DNA of 64,000 bases, from the NCBI GenBank assembly GCA_016840035.1, contig JAEOTC010000068.1, positions 25,186 through 89,185 of the forward strand, written 5' to 3'. This document shows positions 21,061 through 30,606 of this stretch, in pieces. The DNA is from Candidatus Hodarchaeota archaeon. Its GTDB lineage: Archaea > Asgardarchaeota > Heimdallarchaeia > Hodarchaeales > Hodarchaeaceae. Numbering within the stretch: position 1 is the first letter of the stretch; each line of letters opens with the position of its first letter. Under the pieces are notes generated by a model. That model searched no databases. It was given only the letters and a program-made list of their open reading frames with translations, and was not told the DNA's origin. The translations under genes were made by a program, and so were the position numbers.

Positions 21061-22311
21061 ATGTCAAAAGCAGAAGTAGCGGCTAAAATTGTAGAAATTC
21101 AAAAACACAAGAAAAAAACCATAAACGTTGCATTCGATAAAAGTCAGAAAATAAGGAGTGCAATTAAAAAACATAGAAAGAAAATTCTTGAGGATACGCA
21201 AAAGCTAATTACAGAAACAGATCCTCAACTCACAGAGGAGGGGGTTCAAAAAATCACGAAAAAGGGGAAAATTTATTTTAGATCTCTCAAAGCATTTAAT
21301 CCCTTCCTTCATTTCATTGATTCGGAATTATCGAAACTAAAGATTCCAAAAGTGAAGAAAAAATTAACATCTTCAGAACTAAATCAGTTTGTAAGAAATC
21401 TATCAAGAATGGTGAATGACATCAATAAGGAAAAAGCACAGGTAGATGCGGTTATGGGGCTTGATTTCATGCTGAAAAAGCGAGGAATTTATGCTGCCTT
21501 CTCAAAAATAACTTCTGAGCTGAATAATATTCGTGATTTACAAAAAGAAGAGTATTCCGTTGTCAAAGCAATTGAAGATTTGGAATCGATTATTCGAGAC
21601 ATAGAAAATATACAGGAGAAAACTGAACAGCTAGAGGGGGAGAAATCTGACCTGGAGGCAGAGCTTAAATTAGTTGAAGAAGCCCTTAGTAAAAAAGAAG
21701 AAATAAGAACAGCTCTAGTTACAAATCCATTAATTAGTAATTCTCGACAACGGGGAATCAGGATGACTGAACTCGAAATCGAAATGGGTACGCATTTGAA
21801 CTCCTTTAAGAAAATTTTTAAGAAATATGCTCGTGAGGTACAAAGAGGAAGCATTTCAGGAGAATTTGGTCTTGTAAATACTGCTTTGAGTTATCAAGAA
21901 AATCCAGTCCAGAAGTTCCTAGAAGAACCAGACAACAACCCCGAAATTTCTGCACTAATGGAAGAGCTCATCACAGTCGGAGAAAAAAATTTACACCTTA
22001 AACAAAAGAATATTAGTAATCTGAGTAAGGCCTTAAAAAAGATTCAAGAAGGAAAGTTGAATATTCAAAAGAATGAATGGCATGACTTGAAGCAGAAAAA
22101 AAACCGAGATGATGAATCTGCTGACTTTAAAAAAATAAATGGGGAGCTTATTGAGTGTGAGGATGAGATAAATAGTATAGAGGAAAAAATATCGGGAATA
22201 AACGAGACTGTTTCTCTGAAGTTACGCGAACTCGCAAACCTTTCGGAATCTTTAGAAAGTAGACAAAATCGCTCTCTGGAGATTACTGAAGAAGTTATGA
22301 ATCAACCATAA
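21061..22311 (+). CDS. Uncharacterised coiled-coil protein
   Basis: 416 aa, K/E-rich with two long heptad segments; AGGTG SD; adjacent to the roadblock gene. Confidence 0.75.
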   Translation: MSKAEVAAKIVEIQKHKKKTINVAFDKSQKIRSAIKKHRKKILEDTQKLITETDPQLTEEGVQKITKKGKIYFRSLKAFNPFLHFIDSELSKLKIPKVKKKLTSSELNQFVRNLSRMVNDINKEKAQVDAVMGLDFMLKKRGIYAAFSKITSELNNIRDLQKEEYSVVKAIEDLESIIRDIENIQEKTEQLEGEKSDLEAELKLVEEALSKKEEIRTALVTNPLISNSRQRGIRMTELEIEMGTHLNSFKKIFKKYAREVQRGSISGEFGLVNTALSYQENPVQKFLEEPDNNPEISALMEELITVGEKNLHLKQKNISNLSKALKKIQEGKLNIQKNEWHDLKQKKNRDDESADFKKINGELIECEDEINSIEEKISGINETVSLKLRELANLSESLESRQNRSLEITEEVMNQP

Positions 22312-22389
22312 CCTAAATTGAGTAATCTTCTCCCTCATATATTTGGTTTTTATTTGCGTTTTTTCTCCTTACTCAATTCTCAAGTAGGT

Positions 22390-24786
22390 TTATAATCCTA
22401 TATAGCTGTTTTGTTCTCCTCTATTGAATAATTTTAAAGAGAGAATGTTTCCGATTCCCATCTCACTTCTGAGGTTGAAGAAGTAAAATGGATAATTGAA
22501 AACTAGGGCATCGATTTTATTGGGTGTTAAGCTCTTTGAGGTGCGTCCCTCTTGAAATTCAATTAAATCATCATTAATAGACAGGATTTTTGCTGGCGAA
22601 CCGATATCAAAATCTTCTTTGTCATAGAGCGTAAACGACTCATTTAGCTGCTGTAACCTTGAAAAGAAATGTCGTTCAATCTCCCAAGAACGAGTCTTTA
22701 TCATCTGAATCTGTGGGGGTAAGTCAATAATGAGATCGCTACCTTTTAATTCATATTCAACGTGTTTTTCATCAGTCATCAAAAATGTCGAAGTTTGAAA
22801 ACTATCAAGAAGATTTGCTTCTTTTAAGATCCAGGGTTGTACACTTCCTTTTTTATATAAAAACCAGTAGCTAGAATTCTCAAAAGCTGTTAAGTTTAGG
22901 CCAATTGACTTAGAAGTGACTTTCTTACTGTTTAAGGCGAAGATATACTTTTTAAACTTTCCATTTTTAATATCGACTCCTTTAAGAACAACTCTCTTCC
23001 CAGATTTTAGAAAATACTCTTGATTGGGATCAGCGAGAACGAAATCAAAATCACTTTTGTTAATATTGATTCTAGAACTAGATTCATCAGAAAATTCCAC
23101 TTCAAACTCAATGGGTGATACAATATTCTCAGTTATCTTATAACCAACAATCTTTCCCCAGAATGCCTCGTGCTTCTTTAATTTTGGTTTAGCTAAGACA
23201 AAATGATTTAGGTATTTTTTTGCAGATTCTTCTTCATATGTAATTTCTAAGTAGTCGTCAATTGATCCAAAGTCTCGTATATACTTCGTTGACAAGAGTC
23301 GAGCCATTTCTGAATGAGATTCCTGTAATTTCTTAATGGATCGCCCTCTGAATCCAGGAAGTAATAAAGTCCAAATCATAAGACCTGCTCTAATCGCTCC
23401 AATGGAATGATCAACCTGCATGGCTATTCTAATCGATGTAAGGGGATGTGAAGCTATCAAATTCATAAAGCAAGTCATTCGACTTGGTGATAAATTATGA
23501 TACAAGTAGTAAGCCTGATCGCCCATAAATCGGATATTCTCATCTCTTGATCGTTTTTTCCCAGTCATCAACTGTGTGTTAAAACCGATTTCCCCTGCGA
23601 TACCATAATAAAATCCTTCGAGACGATATAAGGACTCTGCTAATTCAATTCCATAACCCTTTTCTCGCGTTATTCTGTCAGCTTGTCCCTCTAGCATCTT
23701 TACAAATGTCAACAAGAAGGCAAAAAGACCAATGTTTAGTAACCAGAATGATAAGAAATCCCATGTTTGTTCTCCTAGAAAGACATATTCCCAATAAGTT
23801 GATGGTGCCTTGATAATGAGCTTAAAGATTAGTTCAAATGCTGTGATACCCAATAATATCAATGTATGCTTTCTTTGGACGTGAGCAAGTTCATGTGCAG
23901 TTATCCCTCGGATTTCTGCATCTGTGAATTGGTCCAAATCGGAGGCAATATAAGCGATCCGCTGATCAAACCATGGGCCGAAGGCAAAAGCATTTAATAT
24001 TGGTGCCTGAACAATCCCAATACTGCGTATCGGTGTATCTATTTTTGATTGTACCTCTGTCACAATCTTCTGTACTCTTTCATCATTTAATGGCTTGATT
24101 CCGTATAGGAAAGTCAATAGGTAACCTGAAATTAAGTAAATAAAACAATTAACCAGGAAGATTGCTGGGTACTTTACAATATCTGGAAGATCCAATTGGG
24201 TAAGTACGAGAATTGCTACCAAGTATAAGACAACATATGTCATCTGGGGACTAATAAAGCGCGTTACTACAATGAATTTCCTACCAAAGAGAAGAAATGC
24301 TGTAAAAACCATGACCCAGATAATTAAATTATATCCAATTCCTATAAAGAATTGCTGAATCTCAATTGCACTACTAAATCCGATTGAAACAAGAAAATTT
24401 TTAATTGATACACCTAAAGTTGGTAAACCTTTTGTTGTTATAAATCCGATAGCAACCATGATAAAGAAGAATCCGTAGCTTACCGTAAAGGTCGCCATCA
24501 TTCGTACCCATATTGGATTCTCACGAACTTCAAAAGTACCAATGACCATTAAACCCATGATACCAGCTAACCCTGATAATAACATATCTCCTGTAAGAGC
24601 AAATAATCCAGTCCCTAGAAATCCAATTGCGGATAATTCCATGATATCGGGATAAGATCGATATTTCATGTATTTCCGTAATTCTAAAAGGAAAACTATG
24701 AGAAGTACAACTGAAATAACACCAAATATAATTCGTTCTGTTGAAAAAGAGTCTAATAGACTCATTAGATCCATTTGTGATAACAC
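22390..24786 (-). CDS. M48 (HtpX/Ste24-like) membrane zinc protease with N-terminal TM extension and about 300-aa C-terminal soluble region
   Basis: NAFAFG, HELAH, EGQAD, SHP..SIRI. Start probably GTG 24786 or ATG 24774. Confidence 0.85.
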   Translation of the reverse strand: MLSQMDLMSLLDSFSTERIIFGVISVVLLIVFLLELRKYMKYRSYPDIMELSAIGFLGTGLFALTGDMLLSGLAGIMGLMVIGTFEVRENPIWVRMMATFTVSYGFFFIMVAIGFITTKGLPTLGVSIKNFLVSIGFSSAIEIQQFFIGIGYNLIIWVMVFTAFLLFGRKFIVVTRFISPQMTYVVLYLVAILVLTQLDLPDIVKYPAIFLVNCFIYLISGYLLTFLYGIKPLNDERVQKIVTEVQSKIDTPIRSIGIVQAPILNAFAFGPWFDQRIAYIASDLDQFTDAEIRGITAHELAHVQRKHTLILLGITAFELIFKLIIKAPSTYWEYVFLGEQTWDFLSFWLLNIGLFAFLLTFVKMLEGQADRITREKGYGIELAESLYRLEGFYYGIAGEIGFNTQLMTGKKRSRDENIRFMGDQAYYLYHNLSPSRMTCFMNLIASHPLTSIRIAMQVDHSIGAIRAGLMIWTLLLPGFRGRSIKKLQESHSEMARLLSTKYIRDFGSIDDYLEITYEEESAKKYLNHFVLAKPKLKKHEAFWGKIVGYKITENIVSPIEFEVEFSDESSSRININKSDFDFVLADPNQEYFLKSGKRVVLKGVDIKNGKFKKYIFALNSKKVTSKSIGLNLTAFENSSYWFLYKKGSVQPWILKEANLLDSFQTSTFLMTDEKHVEYELKGSDLIIDLPPQIQMIKTRSWEIERHFFSRLQQLNESFTLYDKEDFDIGSPAKILSINDDLIEFQEGRTSKSLTPNKIDALVFNYPFYFFNLRSEMGIGNILSLKLFNRGEQNSYIGL

Positions 24787-24970
24787 TATCGCTTTCACCT
24801 TAGTAGAAAAGCCCAGCAGGGAGTTTGGATGTAAATATGCCATTAATCCTACAATATAAATGCCTACTGAACAGTTCTTCACACTACAACCTTGACACGA
24901 AATTATAAATAATGTCATTTTTCTCCTTGAATGCAGTTAGATATTCAAAAAGTTGCTGTGTGATGTATAA

Positions 24971-25852
24971 GTGAAAGGTTCCTCCAAACCTGAATGGATT
25001 CGAGCGAAGCTTCCAACGGAGACGAAATTTAAAGAAGTAAATAAGCTAATCGACGGTCAAGGGCTTCATACTGTTTGTAAAGAAGCGTTTTGTCCGAATA
25101 GAACAGAATGCTGGGAATCTGGAACCGCAACATTCTTGTTAATGGGTTCTTATTGCACCAGAGCCTGTAAATTTTGTGATGTGGAAACAAGAAATCCTCA
25201 CCAATTTCTAGATGAAGAAGAACCAAGGAAATTGGCTGAAGCGGTTAACGAACTTAATCTCAAATTCACTGTTCTTACATCTGTTACAAGGGATGATCTC
25301 CCAGATGGGGGTGCTGAACATCTTGCGAAGTGTATTAGGATGATAAAGCGGAAAAATCCTACAACATTAGTGGAAATTCTTATACCAGATTTTAAGGGGA
25401 ATATTCTTTCATTAAAGAAAATAATCGAGGCTAAACCAGAAGTAATAGGCCATAATATTGAAACCACAGAAATTTTGACACCAAAAATACGCGATCGAAG
25501 AGCAAAATATCAACAATCATTATTTGTCCTGAAGACAATTAAAGAAATAGACTCCACAATTTTAACAAAATCTTCATTAATGTTAGGCTTTGGAGAAACT
25601 GATGAACAAATTTTCTCTTCACTCAATGACCTAAAACGAGCCAATGTGGATATAGTTACTTTAGGTCAATACCTTCAACCTTCCAGAAAAGCTCTTCCAG
25701 TTCAAGAGTATGTGGAACCAAGTGAGTTTGTATATTGGGAAAAAATCGCTCAAAAAATCGGATTTTCGGCCGTTGTATCTGGACCTCTAGTAAGAAGTTC
25801 CTATCAAGCAGGAATACAATATTCTAAAGTCAAACAACTCTCGAAGGAATGA
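24971..25852 (+). CDS. lipA: Lipoyl synthase
   Basis: CKEAFCPNRTEC plus radical SAM CTRACKFC; GQYLQP; RSSY. Confidence 0.97.
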   Translation: MKGSSKPEWIRAKLPTETKFKEVNKLIDGQGLHTVCKEAFCPNRTECWESGTATFLLMGSYCTRACKFCDVETRNPHQFLDEEEPRKLAEAVNELNLKFTVLTSVTRDDLPDGGAEHLAKCIRMIKRKNPTTLVEILIPDFKGNILSLKKIIEAKPEVIGHNIETTEILTPKIRDRRAKYQQSLFVLKTIKEIDSTILTKSSLMLGFGETDEQIFSSLNDLKRANVDIVTLGQYLQPSRKALPVQEYVEPSEFVYWEKIAQKIGFSAVVSGPLVRSSYQAGIQYSKVKQLSKE

Positions 25853-26179
25853 ATCAAAACGAGATCGAAAAATACTATGAATACAATATGAAAGATTTTT
25901 GAGCTCTTTCATTAATTGGAATAGACTAAGACTGTTTCTGCGGATTCACTAGTAAAACCTTCCTTAAATCGAATATTCTAACTAGATATAAAAAGTCGCA
26001 TCTCGATTTTCATATCGACATTTAAAAGAAAGATATGTCTGGAATCTGAAAATGGGAATATTACGAAAACTATTCAGAGTATTTGTCATGCTTGTACAAG
26101 ATTAAATAGAATTAAAATGATCGGAACATTTCTCTAGATAGGCATTAAAATCTAAAATTGGGTGTTGGTTCGATTAGGA

Positions 26180-27181
26180 ATGAGTCAGGGAAATCATGTT
26201 AACCATCAAAAATGTCCAGAGTGCGGAGCAGTCGATAATATAGTTTCTGATCCTAGATCGGGTCAATGGATTTGTGCGTGTTGTGGGGTTGTGGTAGACT
26301 CTTTAATGTTTGATCAAGGTCCTGAATGGAGAGCTTATGATTACCAAGAGGAACAGGATCGTTCTAGAGGAGGCTCACCATTATCACTACTTCAACCTGA
26401 TTTTGGAATAAAAACTCAGATTAGTAAATCAAGAAAAGACGGGAAAGGGAGAAAACTATCATCAAATAAGAGATTAGCGTACAATCGATTAACAAATGTC
26501 GATAATCATGCCCATGAAAGCGAGATTCGAAACTTAAGAATAGCTCTGAGAGAACTTAAAAGACTAAGAAGCCAGATGGAGTTACCAGAAAGAACAGCTC
26601 AAATGGCAAGTTCATATTATAGGCAATGTCTTAAGAAAAATTTGATTCGTGGCCGTTCGATTGATGGAATGATAGCAGCAAGTCTCTATCTTGCTTGTCG
26701 AAAAACTAAAATTCCCCTCACACTTAAGGATGTCTCCATCAATGCAAATGTATCTGCAAAAGAGCTAGGTCGATGTGTTAGGACAATTATCCAACACCTA
26801 AGAACAAAACCTGACTCTGGAAGACACGAAGCTCTAATTCATCGCTTGGGAGAAGAATTATCACTTTCCATGCCCACCCGTATGATTGCGGTGAAAATTG
26901 CTGTAAAAACACGAGAATGTGGGATAACAGTAGGTAAAAACCCAATGTCGATCGCTGCAGCGTGCCTCTATATTGCTGGTGTTAAAACAGGGGAACGCCG
27001 AACTCAACAACAGATTGCTCGTGCGGCTAAAACGACTCCAGTTACTATTAGAAATCGGTTCAAAGAAATTGTACGAATTCTAGGAATGGATGATATTGAA
27101 GTGAAACGTGGAGCTGCTGCAATTCCTGTTTTTATTGAAGATCCGCGGGCGTTGTTAAGCTCGACTCAAAATGCGTTTTAA
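26180..27181 (+). CDS. tfb: Transcription initiation factor IIB
   Basis: CPEC...CACC ribbon, GPEWRAY, LIRGRS, GKNP..IAAA, VTIRNR. Confidence 0.93.
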   Translation: MSQGNHVNHQKCPECGAVDNIVSDPRSGQWICACCGVVVDSLMFDQGPEWRAYDYQEEQDRSRGGSPLSLLQPDFGIKTQISKSRKDGKGRKLSSNKRLAYNRLTNVDNHAHESEIRNLRIALRELKRLRSQMELPERTAQMASSYYRQCLKKNLIRGRSIDGMIAASLYLACRKTKIPLTLKDVSINANVSAKELGRCVRTIIQHLRTKPDSGRHEALIHRLGEELSLSMPTRMIAVKIAVKTRECGITVGKNPMSIAAACLYIAGVKTGERRTQQQIARAAKTTPVTIRNRFKEIVRILGMDDIEVKRGAAAIPVFIEDPRALLSSTQNAF

Positions 27182-27238
27182 AATATCCCTCTACTCTTTT
27201 TCTCTCGGTAAATCAAGTACTGTTCTCAATTCAGTATT

Positions 27239-28510
27239 TTATGTTGAAATCCTGTTCGTTGTTTTTGTCTTATGTTCGAAAATTAAAAATCCAAGTACTA
27301 ATCCAATCGTGTGAAATACGAGAAGAAAAATCCCCATTAAAGCATTATCTGAAGCTAAAAGTAGCAGATATGCATTTAAAAACTCAAAAACAAGAATGAG
27401 TATCGTATTCCGAATAAGGGGGTTTCTATATTCCGTGATGTTAAGGTGAATGTTTAAATTCAAATTTTTATTCCCTTTAATGATAATTCCAGCCAATCGT
27501 CCAAGAATAATTATTGATATTATTATAAGAAGGAGGAAAGCAATTATTAGTAAAATATCCAGAAATTTCATTATTTCTGGGGTAGAAATTCCCAATTGGG
27601 CTAAAAGCGAAAATATATTCCACAGAGAATGGAGAAGAAAAGAAAAGAATAATCCATATCTGTAATATATGAGTGCAAGGATAATTCCAAGGAAGAATAC
27701 CACAAAAAGATGCTCAATAGTATACCTGAGCGACCCATTCTGTAAATCTGCTGGTAAGTGATTAAGACTAAAGATAACACTACTCAGAAATACAACTGGA
27801 TATTTCGAGGGAATCCTCTCTTCTAGAAATGAAATCACATGTTGACGGAATACGATTTCTTCAAATAAGGGGCCAATAATTATCACTAGAAGAGAAAATA
27901 AGAGTTTTATAAGATTATTTGCGAAATAATCATCATATGGAGTTGAATATGCTGGTGGAACAGAGAAGAAATCAAGGAAATGTTCAAGAAGCGTGAGAAA
28001 GATCTCTAAAAGCCCTAGTGAAGTAAGAAAGATAATCCCCGTCAATAATACTATCCTTTGTTTATTTTTCACAGGCCTAATCTTCTTAACAGTAAATGGA
28101 ACTATTTTAACCAAAAGAATAACGAAGACTAAATCTGATATAATTGTAATAATGAGGGTGAGTAAATTTAATAATTCGGCATCACTAGATATCTTGAAAG
28201 GTAAGAAAAGAATAATGACAATACTCGTGATAGATTGAATAATAAAGTAAGAAGAAAAGATGAATATTATCAATAAGCTTGAATCGAATGGAAGAAGACG
28301 TGTAATAAACCAAGGTGTTGAATTATGTGGTGAAAGTTGTGCATCAAATGCATGAGGAGTGTGACAAGTTGGACATGCTAATAAATCATAATTATACCTA
28401 TTATTACAATTCTCACAGGAAATAGTCCTTTCTATCTTCCCCCCACAAAAGATACAATAATTTTTATAAGGAATTTCATTACCACAATGAGGACATAAAA
28501 CCTTAGACAT
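27239..28510 (-). CDS. CPBP (CAAX protease/Abi) intramembrane protease with N-terminal double zinc ribbon
   Basis: Four CxxC pairs; EEIVFR, FSLNH, H...N motifs; many TM helices. Confidence 0.85.
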   Translation of the reverse strand: MSKVLCPHCGNEIPYKNYCIFCGGKIERTISCENCNNRYNYDLLACPTCHTPHAFDAQLSPHNSTPWFITRLLPFDSSLLIIFIFSSYFIIQSITSIVIILFLPFKISSDAELLNLLTLIITIISDLVFVILLVKIVPFTVKKIRPVKNKQRIVLLTGIIFLTSLGLLEIFLTLLEHFLDFFSVPPAYSTPYDDYFANNLIKLLFSLLVIIIGPLFEEIVFRQHVISFLEERIPSKYPVVFLSSVIFSLNHLPADLQNGSLRYTIEHLFVVFFLGIILALIYYRYGLFFSFLLHSLWNIFSLLAQLGISTPEIMKFLDILLIIAFLLLIIISIIILGRLAGIIIKGNKNLNLNIHLNITEYRNPLIRNTILILVFEFLNAYLLLLASDNALMGIFLLVFHTIGLVLGFLIFEHKTKTTNRIST

Positions 28511-28663
28511 AGAAGGATCAACTAATGTTATATAAAGAGAGTTCCGCTATAAAGGTATTGGTTTAGGAAACGTATTAAATATAACGCTTAAAATTGAGAT
28601 CGAAAGGTTCATTCTTCTACACGTCCGAAGACTTCGTATTACTTAAACGAAGAGGGTATTTCA

Positions 28664-29671
28664 GTGCTACAACAATTTATTGACGAAGAAATAATGGAAA
28701 ATTTGTCTAATCAGCTCAATTCAGCAATTGAGGGACTTGAAAGTCCGACGAAAGATCGGATTCGAGAATTCATTCTTTCTACAAAGGGTAAACAATTGCG
28801 TCCTGCTCTTATCGCAGTTACTACAAAACTTCTATCTCAAAATACAGATTCAGAGGAATCACGATTAGCTCGGGCTTATAGATTTGCTGTTGTGATTGAA
28901 CTATTACATAACATGACTCTGATTCATGATGATTTAATCGATAATGCTCCCATACGTCGTGGAAAAGATGCTTTTCATATCCGGCATGGCGCTGATCGGG
29001 CTTTACATGATGGCGATGTACTTCATGCCTATGCCTTAACCTTAATCAAAGATGATCCTGCAGGTCTTAAGCTAGTTGTTGATTATGCATATCAGGTTGG
29101 TTTAGGTAATGCAATAGAACTTGAAGATAGGCTTGATCAGAATTTTGAATTTGATATGTCGCGTATCATAAAAATCATGGAATACAAAACTGCTGTAGTA
29201 TTCGCTGGATGCGTAAGATTGGGGTGTTTAGCTGCAAACCGGGAAGACCTTTTTACTGAAGAATTGAACAAAGCTATATGTGCAGCTGGAATTGCATTTC
29301 AGATTCAAGATGATTATTTAGATATCCTCGGCAATCCTGAGGAATTTGGGAAGATACAATTCTGGGACATTCAGGAATCAAAACGAAACCTTTTCCTATA
29401 TTTCTCGATGAAAACGCCCTCCTCCTCAAAGATCAAAGAAATTTTTAACAAAGATATCGGAAAGAAGAGCGAGGAAGATATTAAAATCGTTTTAGAAGCG
29501 TTTGGTAAAATTCAAGATAAGGTAAAGGAAGTACGCGACCAATATGCAAAAATTGCCATCGATGGTTTAAAAGCGATTCAGACCAACATCAATGAAGATG
29601 ATTATCAAGCTGAAGAATTAATAGAGTTCTTATTAATCCTAACGAAATATCTAATTGAACGCAGTAAATAA
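28664..29671 (+). CDS. trans-Polyprenyl diphosphate synthase (GGPP synthase family)
   Basis: GKQLRP, HDDLIDNAPIRRG, KT, FQIQDDYLD. Confidence 0.92.
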   Translation: MLQQFIDEEIMENLSNQLNSAIEGLESPTKDRIREFILSTKGKQLRPALIAVTTKLLSQNTDSEESRLARAYRFAVVIELLHNMTLIHDDLIDNAPIRRGKDAFHIRHGADRALHDGDVLHAYALTLIKDDPAGLKLVVDYAYQVGLGNAIELEDRLDQNFEFDMSRIIKIMEYKTAVVFAGCVRLGCLAANREDLFTEELNKAICAAGIAFQIQDDYLDILGNPEEFGKIQFWDIQESKRNLFLYFSMKTPSSSKIKEIFNKDIGKKSEEDIKIVLEAFGKIQDKVKEVRDQYAKIAIDGLKAIQTNINEDDYQAEELIEFLLILTKYLIERSK

Positions 29672-29697
29672 CCGCGAATATTTATCCAACAAACGGA

Positions 29698-30555
29698 TTG
29701 GCTCAAATGAGCAAACATAAGGATATTCATAAGTATACAATAGAATTTACGGAAAATTTCTGGATAAATTTGTTAGAAGTTGCTGGACATGGAAACGTAA
29801 AACAATTTATTATCCAAGCTCTTAAAGTAGCGTTAGAAGCTAGAACAATAAAATCATTAATCCTCTGTGGAGGAAAAGGAACGGGATTTCGACCTTTATC
29901 TGTTGCAACTCCCGCTGTTATGCTTCCAATTGGATATAAACCGATTCTCGAATATTCTATTGATCTTTTAAGGAAACATGCACTAACTGAAGTATTTCTG
30001 TCCGTTGGTTACAGAAAAGACCACATACAACACCTTTTTTCGGAGAAAGAGTTCCCAGGTGTTAATATTGGGTTCATTTCGGAGGAAGATCCATTAGATA
30101 CTGCAGGTGCAGTACTAAATGCAAAAAAACAATTCAAATCTACATTTTTAGTTATGAATGGAGATCTAATTACAAATATTGATTTGAACAAACTACTCGA
30201 ATTTCACCGTAGTGTGGTAAAAAAGGGGGGGATAGCTACTATGTTCGTGTTAGAACAGGAAAACAGTCAAGTGGAAATTGATTCCGATAGTAATCAGATA
30301 ACAACATTTGTTAATAGTAGGAAGAAGGGTTTTAATTTTGTGAATGCAGGTGTATATATATTTGAGCCTGAACTTTTTCCTTATATCGATAAAGAAGTCT
30401 CCTCACTAGAGAAAGACATTTTTCCAGTATTAAGTAATGAAGGATTGATATATGGTTATCTTCCTGAAACGCAAGTTTATTGGAAACATATCAATTCACC
30501 AGAAAAATACCAAGAGGGATGGGCTGATTTTCTTTCTGGAAAACTAGATTTTTAA
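29698..30555 (+). CDS. Degenerate NDP-sugar nucleotidyltransferase-like protein with N-terminal RHH-like extension
   Basis: LCGGKGTGFRP, LDTAGA, MNGD, VNAGVYIF, SLEKDIFP; key catalytic residues substituted. Confidence 0.75.
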   Translation: MAQMSKHKDIHKYTIEFTENFWINLLEVAGHGNVKQFIIQALKVALEARTIKSLILCGGKGTGFRPLSVATPAVMLPIGYKPILEYSIDLLRKHALTEVFLSVGYRKDHIQHLFSEKEFPGVNIGFISEEDPLDTAGAVLNAKKQFKSTFLVMNGDLITNIDLNKLLEFHRSVVKKGGIATMFVLEQENSQVEIDSDSNQITTFVNSRKKGFNFVNAGVYIFEPELFPYIDKEVSSLEKDIFPVLSNEGLIYGYLPETQVYWKHINSPEKYQEGWADFLSGKLDF

Positions 30556-30606
30556 CTTTACATCGAGTTACTCTCCCAAACCAGTATTATTCAGGGAAAT
30601 TGCTCA

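Noticed and set aside
17269-29671. Complete eukaryote-like protein prenylation pathway (prenyltransferase repeats, M48, CAAX protease, GGPPS)
   Set aside because: The barrel protein appears extracellular, no alpha subunit is seen, the genes are not operonic, and each family is common in prokaryotes
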